From Candidatus Eiseniibacteriota bacterium (lineage in GTDB: Bacteria; Orphanbacterota; Orphanbacteria; Orphanbacterales; Orphanbacteraceae), in NCBI GenBank assembly GCA_043809585.1, contig JBDROZ010000109.1, positions 1 to 59,765 on the forward strand: a stretch of DNA of 59,765 nt, in the 5' to 3' direction. Shown here piece after piece: positions 1 to 8,307 of the stretch (positions are counted from its first letter, which is position 1; each line of letters starts with the position of its first letter). A program made the translations under genes and the position numbers. The notes under the pieces were generated by a model. It ran no database searches. It worked only from the letters and a program-made list of their open reading frames with translations, and was not told where the DNA came from.

Positions 1-169
1 CGTAGAGCCAGAGGTCCCCATCGACGTAATCGTTCACCTCCACATCCACGATATCCGGCCCGTTGCCGACCGTGCCGTCCAGGTCGAGCTCGACGAACCA
101 TTGGGCGGCGGAGGGAACGGACCAAAGAGTGATGGCGGCGACGCAGAGAAGGTATCGGAGAGAAGTCAT
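1..169 (-). CDS. Secreted protein, N-terminal part only (runs off the window edge); paralog of 724-1272
   Basis: Manual translation from ATG at 169 gives MTSLRYLLCVAAITLWSVPSAAQWFVELDLDGTVGNGPDIVDVEVNDYVDGDLWLY. Nt 1-112 match 1104-1215 with one mismatch. GAAGAGG RBS upstream. Confidence 0.85.
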   Translation of the reverse strand, partial: MTSLRYLLCVAAITLWSVPSAAQWFVELDLDGTVGNGPDIVDVEVNDYVDGDLWLY

Positions 170-200
170 GGCGGAGCCTCTTCGATTGAACGCTCAACAT

Positions 201-211
201 CATTATAGCAC
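201..211 (-). promoter_or_regulatory. Extended -10 promoter element (TGcTATAAT) for the 1-169 gene
   Basis: Minus strand reads gtgctataatg; the paralog has gtgctatactg at the equivalent position. Confidence 0.6.
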
Positions 212-254
212 AAGACACGGATGTCCGGGCGTCGGGTCTGAGGCTGAATACTCT

Positions 255-311
255 CCCGGTTCATCCTCCGATACGATCCTCCCTCCGGTCGGATCACTCA
301 GGACGAACGGG
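255..311. repeat. REP-like palindromic repeat (CCGTTCATCC...CGATACG...ACTCAGGACGAACGG type)
   Basis: Outer stem cccggttcatcct/aggacgaacggg; 40 bp (269-308) are identical to 1651-1690. Confidence 0.8.
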
Positions 312-370
312 AAGGATGAATCCACGAAAGATAGAACTTCGGAGTGGGCGGGGGACTGGTTCCGCCCGAG

Positions 371-407
371 CCCTTCGATACGGACCTTCGGTCCTACTCA
401 GGACAGG
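371..407. repeat. REP-like repeat variant
   Basis: cccttcgatacggaccttcggtcctactcaggacagg shares the CGATACG...ACTCAGGAC frame and has an inner ggacc-ttc-ggtcc hairpin; similar to 1612-1648. Confidence 0.7.
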
Positions 408-483
408 CCTCCGGCTCGGAAGACATCTGTCTGACCTCAGCGGACCCTGTCCCCCTCCGGACGGGTATTGCCCACGTAGGGAG

Positions 484-532
484 TTCGGGGGACACAATAC
501 CGAATAGGGAATTCAGTATTGTGTCCCCCGAA
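484..532. repeat. Perfect 17-bp inverted repeat (REP-like stem-loop)
   Basis: ttcgggggacacaatac (484-500) and gtattgtgtcccccgaa (516-532). Confidence 0.85.
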
Positions 533-649
533 TTTCCAAGGACTGCCGAAGGGAGGGGGAGAGAAGGCGCTCGCCCACCCGGGCGCTTGAAGAATGACAG
601 GGCGCCTGCCGCGCGCCGTCTCACATTGCCGTTCGGGCCTTGTGTTCCT

Positions 650-698
650 GTCATCCCCGCGGGGCCTGCCCCCGCGAAGGGGGGGGGCGGGGATCCAG
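650..698. repeat. GTCATCCCCGC...GCGGGGATCCAG-type REP-like hairpin
   Basis: atccccgc/gcggggat stem with an inner hairpin, just downstream of the 724-1272 stop codon. Confidence 0.65.
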
Positions 699-723
699 GG
701 AATCCGATTCCGACCTCCTTCCC

Positions 724-1272
724 CTACCGGAACAGCCCTTTCACGGCGCCCCAGCTGGATTTCTCGGTCGAAGTCACGCCGATGCGGACGGTGGCGAGCG
801 TGTCGCCGACGTTGTCCACAGAGCCGGAGCCGAAGGTTGTATCGAAGTAGCCGCCGGCTTGAAGGACGATATTGGCGATCGTCTGATCAACGGCGGCCTG
901 ATAGTGGATCGTGGCGAGCATGGCGGGGAGGGCGATCGGCTCGCTGAACGTGAAGTCCGTGGCCTGAACAGTGTAGCAGCCCGGATTCCAGATGACCGGC
1001 GCGAATGTCCAGACTTCCGGAATATAATACGTGAATCCCTCGTCCTCGAGGGCTCCATCAAAGCTGCAAATGATAAACCCGAAGGAATAGACCCCCGCCG
1101 GTCCGTAGAGCCAGAGGTCCCCATCGACGTAGTCGTTCACCTCCACATCCACGATATCCGGCCCGTTGCCGACCGTGCCGTCCAGGTCGAGCTCGACGAA
1201 CCATTGGGCGGCGGAAGTGGCCGGCCAAACGGCGAGCCAGGCGAGGCAGAAGAGGATCCGGAAGGTGGTCAT
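724..1272 (-). CDS. Secreted beta-rich protein with C-terminal SWGAVKGLFR motif
   Basis: Signal peptide MTTFRILFCLAWLAVWPATSAA; GAGGA RBS before ATG 1272; ends STEKSSWGAVKGLFR. Confidence 0.85.
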   Translation of the reverse strand: MTTFRILFCLAWLAVWPATSAAQWFVELDLDGTVGNGPDIVDVEVNDYVDGDLWLYGPAGVYSFGFIICSFDGALEDEGFTYYIPEVWTFAPVIWNPGCYTVQATDFTFSEPIALPAMLATIHYQAAVDQTIANIVLQAGGYFDTTFGSGSVDNVGDTLATVRIGVTSTEKSSWGAVKGLFR

Positions 1273-1305
1273 GGTCCACATCCTCATCGGTTGAATGCTC
1301 AATCT

Positions 1306-1316
1306 CAGTATAGCAC
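1306..1316 (-). promoter_or_regulatory. Extended -10 element (TGcTATACT) for 724-1272
   Basis: Conserved with the element upstream of the paralog, including the following ttgagc-ttcaa segment. Confidence 0.55.
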
Positions 1317-1600
1317 TGGTAGCACCCCTCCGGGAAACAGGTCTCTGTCACCGATTACGACTCCGCTCTCTCTCCTTCCGGCGGGGCGGGGGATCGGGTG
1401 AGGGAGGGGGTCGGGGCAGGCTGGAACGCTCGTCGTGGTGCGGGAGGAAGCCCTCCCTTTCTCCTGTCGCGTAGAGCCGGCGTTGCGAATGCCCTCCATG
1501 GGCTCCCCGGTAATGCCCCGGCCCCTCCCGAGGTCGATCCCCCGTCCCGCCGGTCTCTTTCCGGGAGTGCGTGTCCACAACACGCACTTCCTCCTTGCTC

Positions 1601-1694
1601 CCCCGTTCATCCCCTTCGATTCGGCCCTTCAGACCGACTCGGGACAGGTTCGATACGATCCTCCCTCCGGTCGGATCACTCAGGACGAACTGGG
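1601..1694. repeat. Nested REP-like repeat (one unit inserted into another)
   Basis: ccgttcatcc, then ccttcgattcggcccttcagaccgactcgggacagg, then the 40-bp copy identical to 269-308. Confidence 0.75.
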
Positions 1695-1823
1695 CGGGGA
1701 AATCAGGGGGAATGCACCCCCCTGTAAACTTCCTTCCCTCTTGACGGTTCATTTTCGGAAGAGGATTGTAAGGGGGTCTGTTGTTTTCACATCCAACCCC
1801 CGGCGAAGAAAGGAGAAACCGCG

Positions 1824-2269
1824 ATGCGGCCCACGGCGCGTGTCTCTCTCATGTTCGCGATCCCTCTCATCGGTCTCGTCCTCTTCGCCTCGCCCGGGGC
1901 GGCCCGGGCGGAGAAGAGCCTCTTCGTGAACCTCACGAGCAACGATCTCAACCGGTCGGCCATGGCGATCATGATCGCCCAGAAGGCGATGGCGAGCGAG
2001 AAGGTCCCCGCCGCTATCTTTCTGAGTGTGGAAGGGGTGCGGATCGTCGACATTGGACTTCCCCAACCCCGCCATCTCAACGGCAAGACCCTTCGGGAGA
2101 TGCTCCAGGAGTTCATGGACGCCGGCGGAAAGGTCTTCGCCTGTCAGATGTGCATGGACGGGGTCGGCGGCTTCCAGAAGGAAGAGCTGATGAAGGGGTC
2201 GAGGTGGCGAACGAGTCGGACCTCTTTCCCCGCATGTTCGCCGAAGGGGCGACGGTCCTGAGTTGCTGA
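1824..2269 (+). CDS. Exported DsrE/DsrF-like protein; apparent 1-nt frameshift near 2195-2198
   Basis: Signal peptide, LFVNLTS, IFLSVEGVRI and GGKVFACQMCM motifs. The expected C-terminus GVEVANESDLFPRMFAEGATVLSC lies in another frame after a G run. Confidence 0.8.
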
Positions 2270-2281
2270 CCGAAAACGGGG

Positions 2282-2785
2282 TCACTCACCCCACGAGCGC
2301 CGGACCGACGTGTAGAATTCGTCAAGACCTTCAAGTGACCGGTTCAACTGGTCTGTCAGTAGCTGGTGATCGGGGGGAACGTCGTTCCCTCTGGCCGCGG
2401 CGCACATCTCGTCCACGGGAATCGCGTTGATCGCGGCCTGCCACTTCAGGAAGAGTTCGTCGGCGCCTCCCGCAGACCTACCCACTTTTTTCTCGGAGGT
2501 TCCGCCAAGATCGCCCCGGAGGCGGGACACCGCCTTCCGAAGTTCATCGAGGGATGTGATCAGATCGGCGCCGCACTGGCCGTACCATTCCGACCGACTC
2601 TTGCGGGCGTCGATGATCAAGTTCTCGCCGACGGTCATTAGTGCCGTATAAACCTGATGAATGTCCCGTTCTAGTCTCATGGTAGCCAGTGAGAGGGGTG
2701 TCCGGACGCAACCGGCGGTCGAGAGGGTTTCCTCACCGGTCTCGTAGCCGAACCGAAGGTAATCGTCTTTCTGCTTCTCCGCCAT
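2282..2785 (-). CDS. Hypothetical helical protein, divergent from the large cluster
   Basis: ORF with protein-like composition and a GAGGAG RBS; start at 2797 or 2785. No motif recognised. Confidence 0.65.
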   Translation of the reverse strand: MAEKQKDDYLRFGYETGEETLSTAGCVRTPLSLATMRLERDIHQVYTALMTVGENLIIDARKSRSEWYGQCGADLITSLDELRKAVSRLRGDLGGTSEKKVGRSAGGADELFLKWQAAINAIPVDEMCAAARGNDVPPDHQLLTDQLNRSLEGLDEFYTSVRRSWGE

Positions 2786-3317
2786 CGCTACATTCACTCC
2801 TCACCGTCCTGATTTCCGCCTGCAGGACCACCTCGCCGCGAGCCGATTCCGCCCCGACTTCGAATCCCTCTACCCCGAAGGATCGGCACGGGGGCGGACA
2901 GCATGAGCCGTTTGTGTCAATGAAGAGGGATGATGGCGATCTCTTGGATACGGAAAAGGCGAGGGGCCGAGCAGAACCCGAAACCCATCCAAGAATATCT
3001 CATAATTTACTGTTGCATAATCAAATACGAGCACCATCTCATGAACCTCGTAAGGATGCGTCTGCCACAGGCATCCGAGAGGCGTGCGCACCGATCCGAC
3101 CCGGGTTATCTCGGCGGTCTTCGCCTCCTCAATCCAACGCGTAGTGGAACGGTTCCTGTCAGGAAACGGCCGTGTAGGGAATCAGCGGGTCGGAAGAGGT
3201 GAGGGCCGCGACGCCGGATGCTGGCAGAGGTCGATACTTGTAGGAGCCAGCGGGTTCGAGAGAGAGTTCATGATCCCCCATAACTCCTAGAAGGACATCT
3301 TGTTACGGAAAAAGCGG

Positions 3318-3346
3318 TTGACATTCAACATCGACTCTGTGATCAT
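3318..3346 (+). promoter_or_regulatory. Putative sigma70 promoter of the 12-gene cluster
   Basis: TTGACA (3318-3323), 17-nt spacer, TG-n-GATCAT, in an AT-rich patch about 75 nt before the start codon. Confidence 0.5.
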
Positions 3347-3421
3347 CCAAGTTAAATATATGTTCTCTGTGACAACATACTTTCCATCAAGGCATTTGGG
3401 CTCTGTGCCCGTGGTCAAGGG

Positions 3422-6400
3422 ATGACTATCTCGAACCATTGTCCCCTGTGCATGGAAACCGGCGAGGAATGGCCGGTTCGGCGTGAGGACCGTTTCTGCG
3501 GAAATTGCGGCAACCCCCTCGTTTCTTTCGTGCCACCCCCCGAGTTCTTCCTCCTTCTCTTGACAGACGACGGAGACAGGACGAGTGCCTTCCTGACCCT
3601 CTCCAACACCTCGACGACCCGCTTCGGCCCGGTGAATCAGGTTAAAGTGAAGTTCGAATGGAAGCCCGACCTCGAGAATGAGGTGGGCATCGAGTTCGGC
3701 GAAGAGCTCCTCGAATCGGGGGCGGAGATCGTTGTCGAGCCGGAGCAAGTCGTCCAACTCACCCTCTCTCCGTTGATGGAGCCGGAAGACTTCGCGGGAG
3801 AACGCGTCCATCGGATCCAGATCAGCACCGACGATCCGAACCGCAAGAGCTTCCAGGTCGATATCCTCATCTCCAAGACACCGCCCGTGCCCGAGTGGCT
3901 GACCGAGGAAAACGCGCCCGTGAGCGCCGGCGAGGTGGTCAAGATCGAAGCAGAGGTTTCGAAGGTTCGCGCCGGAGTGGTGACGCCCGCGATTGGACGG
4001 GCCGTGCTCCGAAACGGAGGGGGCGGCGCCCTGCTCGTCAAGGAGATCGAGGTGCCGACCGACTACGGCGCGTGGTTCAATGTCTCCTTCAAGGAAGGGG
4101 AAGGGATCCGGTCGGGGGATTCGCGGATCATCGAGTTCCAGGTGTCTCCTGAGAAGATCCCGAGAGGTATCTTCGACGGGCACATTTCTCTCGTTTTGAA
4201 GGCGGAGGGCGTGGAGCCCCACCCGTTCCGGGTCCGGGTCGTGATTCACCAACCCCCGGTGCTCGAGGTCGTGCTCCCCGAGTTTCAATCGTGGGAGGGA
4301 GGGGTGTCGCGCCTCGTATGCGCCCCTTACGGCCGGCAGGACTTCGAGGTCCAACTCCTGAACCGGGGGACGAAGCCGCTGAACGTGACCGGCGTCATCT
4401 GCGACAGCCCGTTCCTGCGGCTCTATCTCGGAGGAAACCTGCGGGTGAAGGAGAGAACACTCTCCGAGCCGATTCCCGTCACGCCTGGAAAGACGGAGAG
4501 GGCCTTCAAGCTGAGCTGCAATCTCGAGAGCCTCGTCCACGACCGGGACTACCCGGCGGAGATCGTATTCCTTTCTGATGCGGTGAACGCCGAACACCGG
4601 GTGCGACTGCTCTTTCACGTGAAGAGGAAGACCCTTGACACGAAGTTCTACCACGACTCGTACATTGGCGTGGACTTCGGAACCTCCAACTCCTGCGTGG
4701 CGGTCCGGCATGCCCAGGACGTTCGGAAGGGGATGGAGGAGGCGTTTCGCGTTCTCACGCTCACACCGGAGAGCGAGCTCACGGGCCACGACCCCGATCC
4801 GACCACGCTCCCTTCCATGATCTTCTTCCGTGAAACCGACGACCCCCTGATCGGCGAGGCGGCCAAGGGCATCGGGCTCGGGAAGGAGGAACGGCTTTTT
4901 CGCTCGTTCAAGCGAACGATCGGCATGATGGTCGAGCAGCAGGTCGGGGGAACGGTTTTCACCTCCGAGGACCTTGCCGAGATCATCTTCGGGAGCTTGA
5001 TCGATGCGGCGCTCCGGGATCTCGATCACTTTCCTACGCGAGTCGTTGCCACCTGTCCGGCTAACTTCTACCACTATCAAAGAGCATCAGTCCTCCGCGC
5101 CTGCCGGCGGGCTCTCTGCCGGCGCGCTCTTCGCGCCCACGCCGACCAGATGCGCACGGACCTGAGAATACTCGATGAGAGCCCGGAGGTGGGACGGCCA
5201 TTCCGCGAGTTCTTGGAGGAGAAGGCCGACGCTCGCGGACTTCTGGAGGAAGTGAGGGAACGGTTCCTCGCGATTCATCCGGGCATCGACTGGGACCTCG
5301 AGAGCACCGCCGACTGCATGCTGCTTCTCCTCTATCTGAGCACCTCCCGCCGGGAGCTGATCGACTTCGGCGACAAGGGGGGGAACGGGTCGAAGAAGAT
5401 CGCCGCAGAGCGGATCACCCGGGATCTGATCCGCAGTTTCTTCGATGGCATCGGTGTACTGGGCGACCTCGTCGCTTTCGTCAACACTCCGCAGGCCTCG
5501 CTCGTTCGAGAGGCGAAGAGCCTCGAGTTGCTGAACATCTTCGAAGATTTTTGTTTCGACGTCCTGAGAAGCCTTCAAATCGCCGACGTTCTCATCCTCG
5601 ACGAGCCCTCCGCGGCGGCGTACGCCTACGTACTTCACGAGTTCGGACGGCTCGAAAAGAACCCCGAAGGTGAGAGGGAGTACATCGTAGTCTATGATTT
5701 CGGAGGAGGGACGTTCGACGTTTCAGTGATGTCAATCGAGACGCGGAACGAGATCCCCCAGGTCGAGGTGATTCACACGGACGGCATCAACGAGCTCGGC
5801 GGAGACGATATCGATCACGAAATGATCAACTGGGTTCTCGAGCGAATCGACGTGCCGAAGGTGAACCGGGAGTACGTGGAGACGAACATCTACCGGTTGG
5901 ACGCCTTGATCCGGATGAAGGCGGGATCGCAGCAGGAAATTCAGGACCTCCGGGTAAACGTACGCCGCGCGAAGAAGGTGTTGAAGGACTGGGCCGAGGG
6001 GGCAAAGATCAACTTCTCTACCCTCTCGGCGGAGACCCTTCCGGAGATCCCCGCGAGATTCACTCTGGACGGCCTCGGTGTCGAGAGTGTAGACCTTCTC
6101 TTTCAACGCGAGGACTTCCACGGGGCGATCACGGGCAGCATCGAGAAGACGATCGAAAAGACTAGGGACGTTCTCGAGAGGGCGGCCGAAAAGGAGGCGA
6201 GAAGCGGCCGTGAATTCCGGCTCGCCCGTTTCGTCCTGGCGGGGAAATCGTCCCGGATCCCGCTAATCCGGAGCATGATTCTCCGGGACGGGAGCATGGG
6301 GATCACGGACGACTTGTTCTTCGCCGGATTCGGAAAGATGGAGAAGGCGTGTGTCGCCCGGGGCGCGGCGTATTACGGGTTTCAGCAGGCGGGCGAGACC

Positions 6401-6826
6401 TCCGCAGGCTTTTCTGTCAGGACCGCGGCCCGTCCGTTGAGCCATACAGTGGGTTACCTGGAAAGGCGGGGACCGAGAGAGAAGTTTTACCCCGTGGGAG
6501 GCCTGGAGAAGGGGACGCCCGTAGACGGGGAGATGGCCCGAGGCCACTTGATCCGAGACTTTACGCCGATCACCATTCTCCAGGTCGCTCAGAACGGGGG
6601 GAATGACAATCGCGTTGAGGGCAACCGGGACATCATCCGCGTCGGGACGCTGGGCTGGAGGAAGCTCGTTCCCAATCTGAGAAAGGGCGAGAAGGCGGAG
6701 GTCGTCTTCCTCGTCGACCGGAACGGGATTGTGCGGGTCGAGGCCGCGTTCCGGGGAGAGAAGATCGGTGAGTTCCGGGCGACGCCGATCGGGCTGCGCG
6801 ATCTCGAGCCGTTCCTTTGGATCTGA
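3422..6826 (+). CDS. Hsp70-family ATPase with N-terminal Zn ribbon, several Ig-like domains and a helical insertion
   Basis: CPLC..CGNC; YIGVDFGTSNS, TLPSMIFF, ATCPANF, DEPSAAAYAY, VYDFGGGTFDVS, LGGDDID, LAGKSSRIP, VARGAAY. Confidence 0.9.
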   Translation: MTISNHCPLCMETGEEWPVRREDRFCGNCGNPLVSFVPPPEFFLLLLTDDGDRTSAFLTLSNTSTTRFGPVNQVKVKFEWKPDLENEVGIEFGEELLESGAEIVVEPEQVVQLTLSPLMEPEDFAGERVHRIQISTDDPNRKSFQVDILISKTPPVPEWLTEENAPVSAGEVVKIEAEVSKVRAGVVTPAIGRAVLRNGGGGALLVKEIEVPTDYGAWFNVSFKEGEGIRSGDSRIIEFQVSPEKIPRGIFDGHISLVLKAEGVEPHPFRVRVVIHQPPVLEVVLPEFQSWEGGVSRLVCAPYGRQDFEVQLLNRGTKPLNVTGVICDSPFLRLYLGGNLRVKERTLSEPIPVTPGKTERAFKLSCNLESLVHDRDYPAEIVFLSDAVNAEHRVRLLFHVKRKTLDTKFYHDSYIGVDFGTSNSCVAVRHAQDVRKGMEEAFRVLTLTPESELTGHDPDPTTLPSMIFFRETDDPLIGEAAKGIGLGKEERLFRSFKRTIGMMVEQQVGGTVFTSEDLAEIIFGSLIDAALRDLDHFPTRVVATCPANFYHYQRASVLRACRRALCRRALRAHADQMRTDLRILDESPEVGRPFREFLEEKADARGLLEEVRERFLAIHPGIDWDLESTADCMLLLLYLSTSRRELIDFGDKGGNGSKKIAAERITRDLIRSFFDGIGVLGDLVAFVNTPQASLVREAKSLELLNIFEDFCFDVLRSLQIADVLILDEPSAAAYAYVLHEFGRLEKNPEGEREYIVVYDFGGGTFDVSVMSIETRNEIPQVEVIHTDGINELGGDDIDHEMINWVLERIDVPKVNREYVETNIYRLDALIRMKAGSQQEIQDLRVNVRRAKKVLKDWAEGAKINFSTLSAETLPEIPARFTLDGLGVESVDLLFQREDFHGAITGSIEKTIEKTRDVLERAAEKEARSGREFRLARFVLAGKSSRIPLIRSMILRDGSMGITDDLFFAGFGKMEKACVARGAAYYGFQQAGETSAGFSVRTAARPLSHTVGYLERRGPREKFYPVGGLEKGTPVDGEMARGHLIRDFTPITILQVAQNGGNDNRVEGNRDIIRVGTLGWRKLVPNLRKGEKAEVVFLVDRNGIVRVEAAFRGEKIGEFRATPIGLRDLEPFLWI

Positions 6827-6859
6827 GGACGTGTGGGGACCGGCAAGGAGAAGCCACCC

Positions 6860-8281
6860 ATGATTCTCGGCGCTGACTGGGGGTATCGGAGGGTCGCCTT
6901 CTCGGCGCTCTCTCGGGTGCTCGGGGCGAGGCCCGGCCACGTGACGGGCTACAACTCGAGCGAGTGGGCCGAGCCTTCCTGGTTCTCCTTCCATTCCGAT
7001 GCGACCCTCGGTTCGGCGGGGACGACCCCGGACATAGCGTTCGGCGCCGCCGCGCGCGCCGCCCTGGATGATCGAGATTTCCCGGCGAGGGCGGAAGCCG
7101 GGAAGTCGGGCCTCTGGCCGAGAGTGCTCCGCCACTTGGCGGGTAACGAGGAAAGGGCGCGACTCGCCTGCATGTATCTAATCGCGGAGGCATTCCGCCC
7201 GGCAATGGCGACGGTGAGGGCCGAGGTGCCCCTCCGCATCGCTGTGGGAGACGAGAGGCTTCCCGATGTCGGGGAGGCGCTCACCACGCTCTCGGCAGAG
7301 ATGAGCTGCGACGCCGTCGTGCTCCCCTCCTCCGTGGCCCATCTGGGCAACTTGGAGCTCCCGGACTCTCTCATGCGTTGCGCGGTGATCGACTGGGGAG
7401 GGGGTGCGCTCCGGATGGCGGGTCTCGAGACGGAACTTCCGGCGCCGGACATCAGGACGGTCCGGATCGTGGCCCGGGAGTCGTATCCAGGCCACTCCGT
7501 CGGCGAACTCGAATCCTCTCTCATGGCCTCGATCTGCCGAAAAGGGAGCGGACGGTGGGAGCCTTGGAAGTTTGCGGACACCCTGGACCATCTGTGGGGG
7601 GGGGCGGGGGCGTCCCGGCACGAGGGGGCGGACGCCACGGCGGCACGCGAGAAGATCGACCGGTTCTACTCGAAGTCGGCCTCCGTGTTCGAGAAGTTCG
7701 GACGTCGGCTTGGCCGGCGGTGGGACCGCGTCGACATCCTCGTCCTGACGGGAGGGGGCGCCCCGCTTCTCGAGAGGGGAGGGTGGCACGTCGGCTGGCC
7801 AGATCGGGACGAAACCGTGAGGCTGGAAGCGAGTCACGGCGCGGCCCGGGGCGCCGCGCTGCTCGGAACCGGACGACGGACGCAGTTGCAGATCGTGGAG
7901 GAGGGGGCTCTCTCGGTGATCGCGGATGGGTGTGAAGCCGTCCCCCTCTGGGGCGGGCGCGAAATCAACGGCCTCTCCTCTTCGGGGGAGGGACGATCCG
8001 CCTATTTGCCGCTCGGCGCGCTGGACCACACACCGGAGTACGTCGCCCTCCAATGGGGTTTGGGGAGGGAGAGTGGAGAGGGGCGAATCGTCGCCACCGT
8101 CCCCATCGATCGGATCGGAGGAGGCCGCCGTTCCGTTTGGGCGGGGGCCGACGCGAAATGTTTAGGTTCATCCTTGACCGGGCTATTCTGGATCCGGGAT
8201 CCCGAGAGCGGGCGGGAAAGTTCGTCCGGCTGGGAGATCGATCTCGGTCTCCGGGGATCCTCGATCCTGACACTTTCCTGA
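6860..8281 (+). CDS. Degenerate Hsp70/actin-like ATPase-fold protein
   Basis: ILGADWG, AVIDWGGG, LVLTGGGA and AARGAAL occur in Hsp70 order; AAGGAG RBS. Confidence 0.7.
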   Translation: MILGADWGYRRVAFSALSRVLGARPGHVTGYNSSEWAEPSWFSFHSDATLGSAGTTPDIAFGAAARAALDDRDFPARAEAGKSGLWPRVLRHLAGNEERARLACMYLIAEAFRPAMATVRAEVPLRIAVGDERLPDVGEALTTLSAEMSCDAVVLPSSVAHLGNLELPDSLMRCAVIDWGGGALRMAGLETELPAPDIRTVRIVARESYPGHSVGELESSLMASICRKGSGRWEPWKFADTLDHLWGGAGASRHEGADATAAREKIDRFYSKSASVFEKFGRRLGRRWDRVDILVLTGGGAPLLERGGWHVGWPDRDETVRLEASHGAARGAALLGTGRRTQLQIVEEGALSVIADGCEAVPLWGGREINGLSSSGEGRSAYLPLGALDHTPEYVALQWGLGRESGEGRIVATVPIDRIGGGRRSVWAGADAKCLGSSLTGLFWIRDPESGRESSSGWEIDLGLRGSSILTLS

Positions 8282-8307
8282 GCGGAACGAGGAGGCGGAA
8301 AGGGACC

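Noticed and set aside
1-1215. DGR template/variable repeat pair
   Set aside because: Only one synonymous mismatch, both copies are coding N-termini, and no reverse transcriptase is in the window.
255-1694. CRISPR array
   Set aside because: Repeats are irregularly spaced, heterogeneous palindromes with no spacers of uniform length and no cas genes.
3241-3262. tRNA 3'-end/att-like sequence (ggagccagcgggttcga) near the cluster start
   Set aside because: No paired T-arm, no CCA, and no matching copy at the other end of the cluster.
3287-5080. 597-aa minus-strand ORF
   Set aside because: Antisense shadow of the Hsp70 fusion gene; no motifs.
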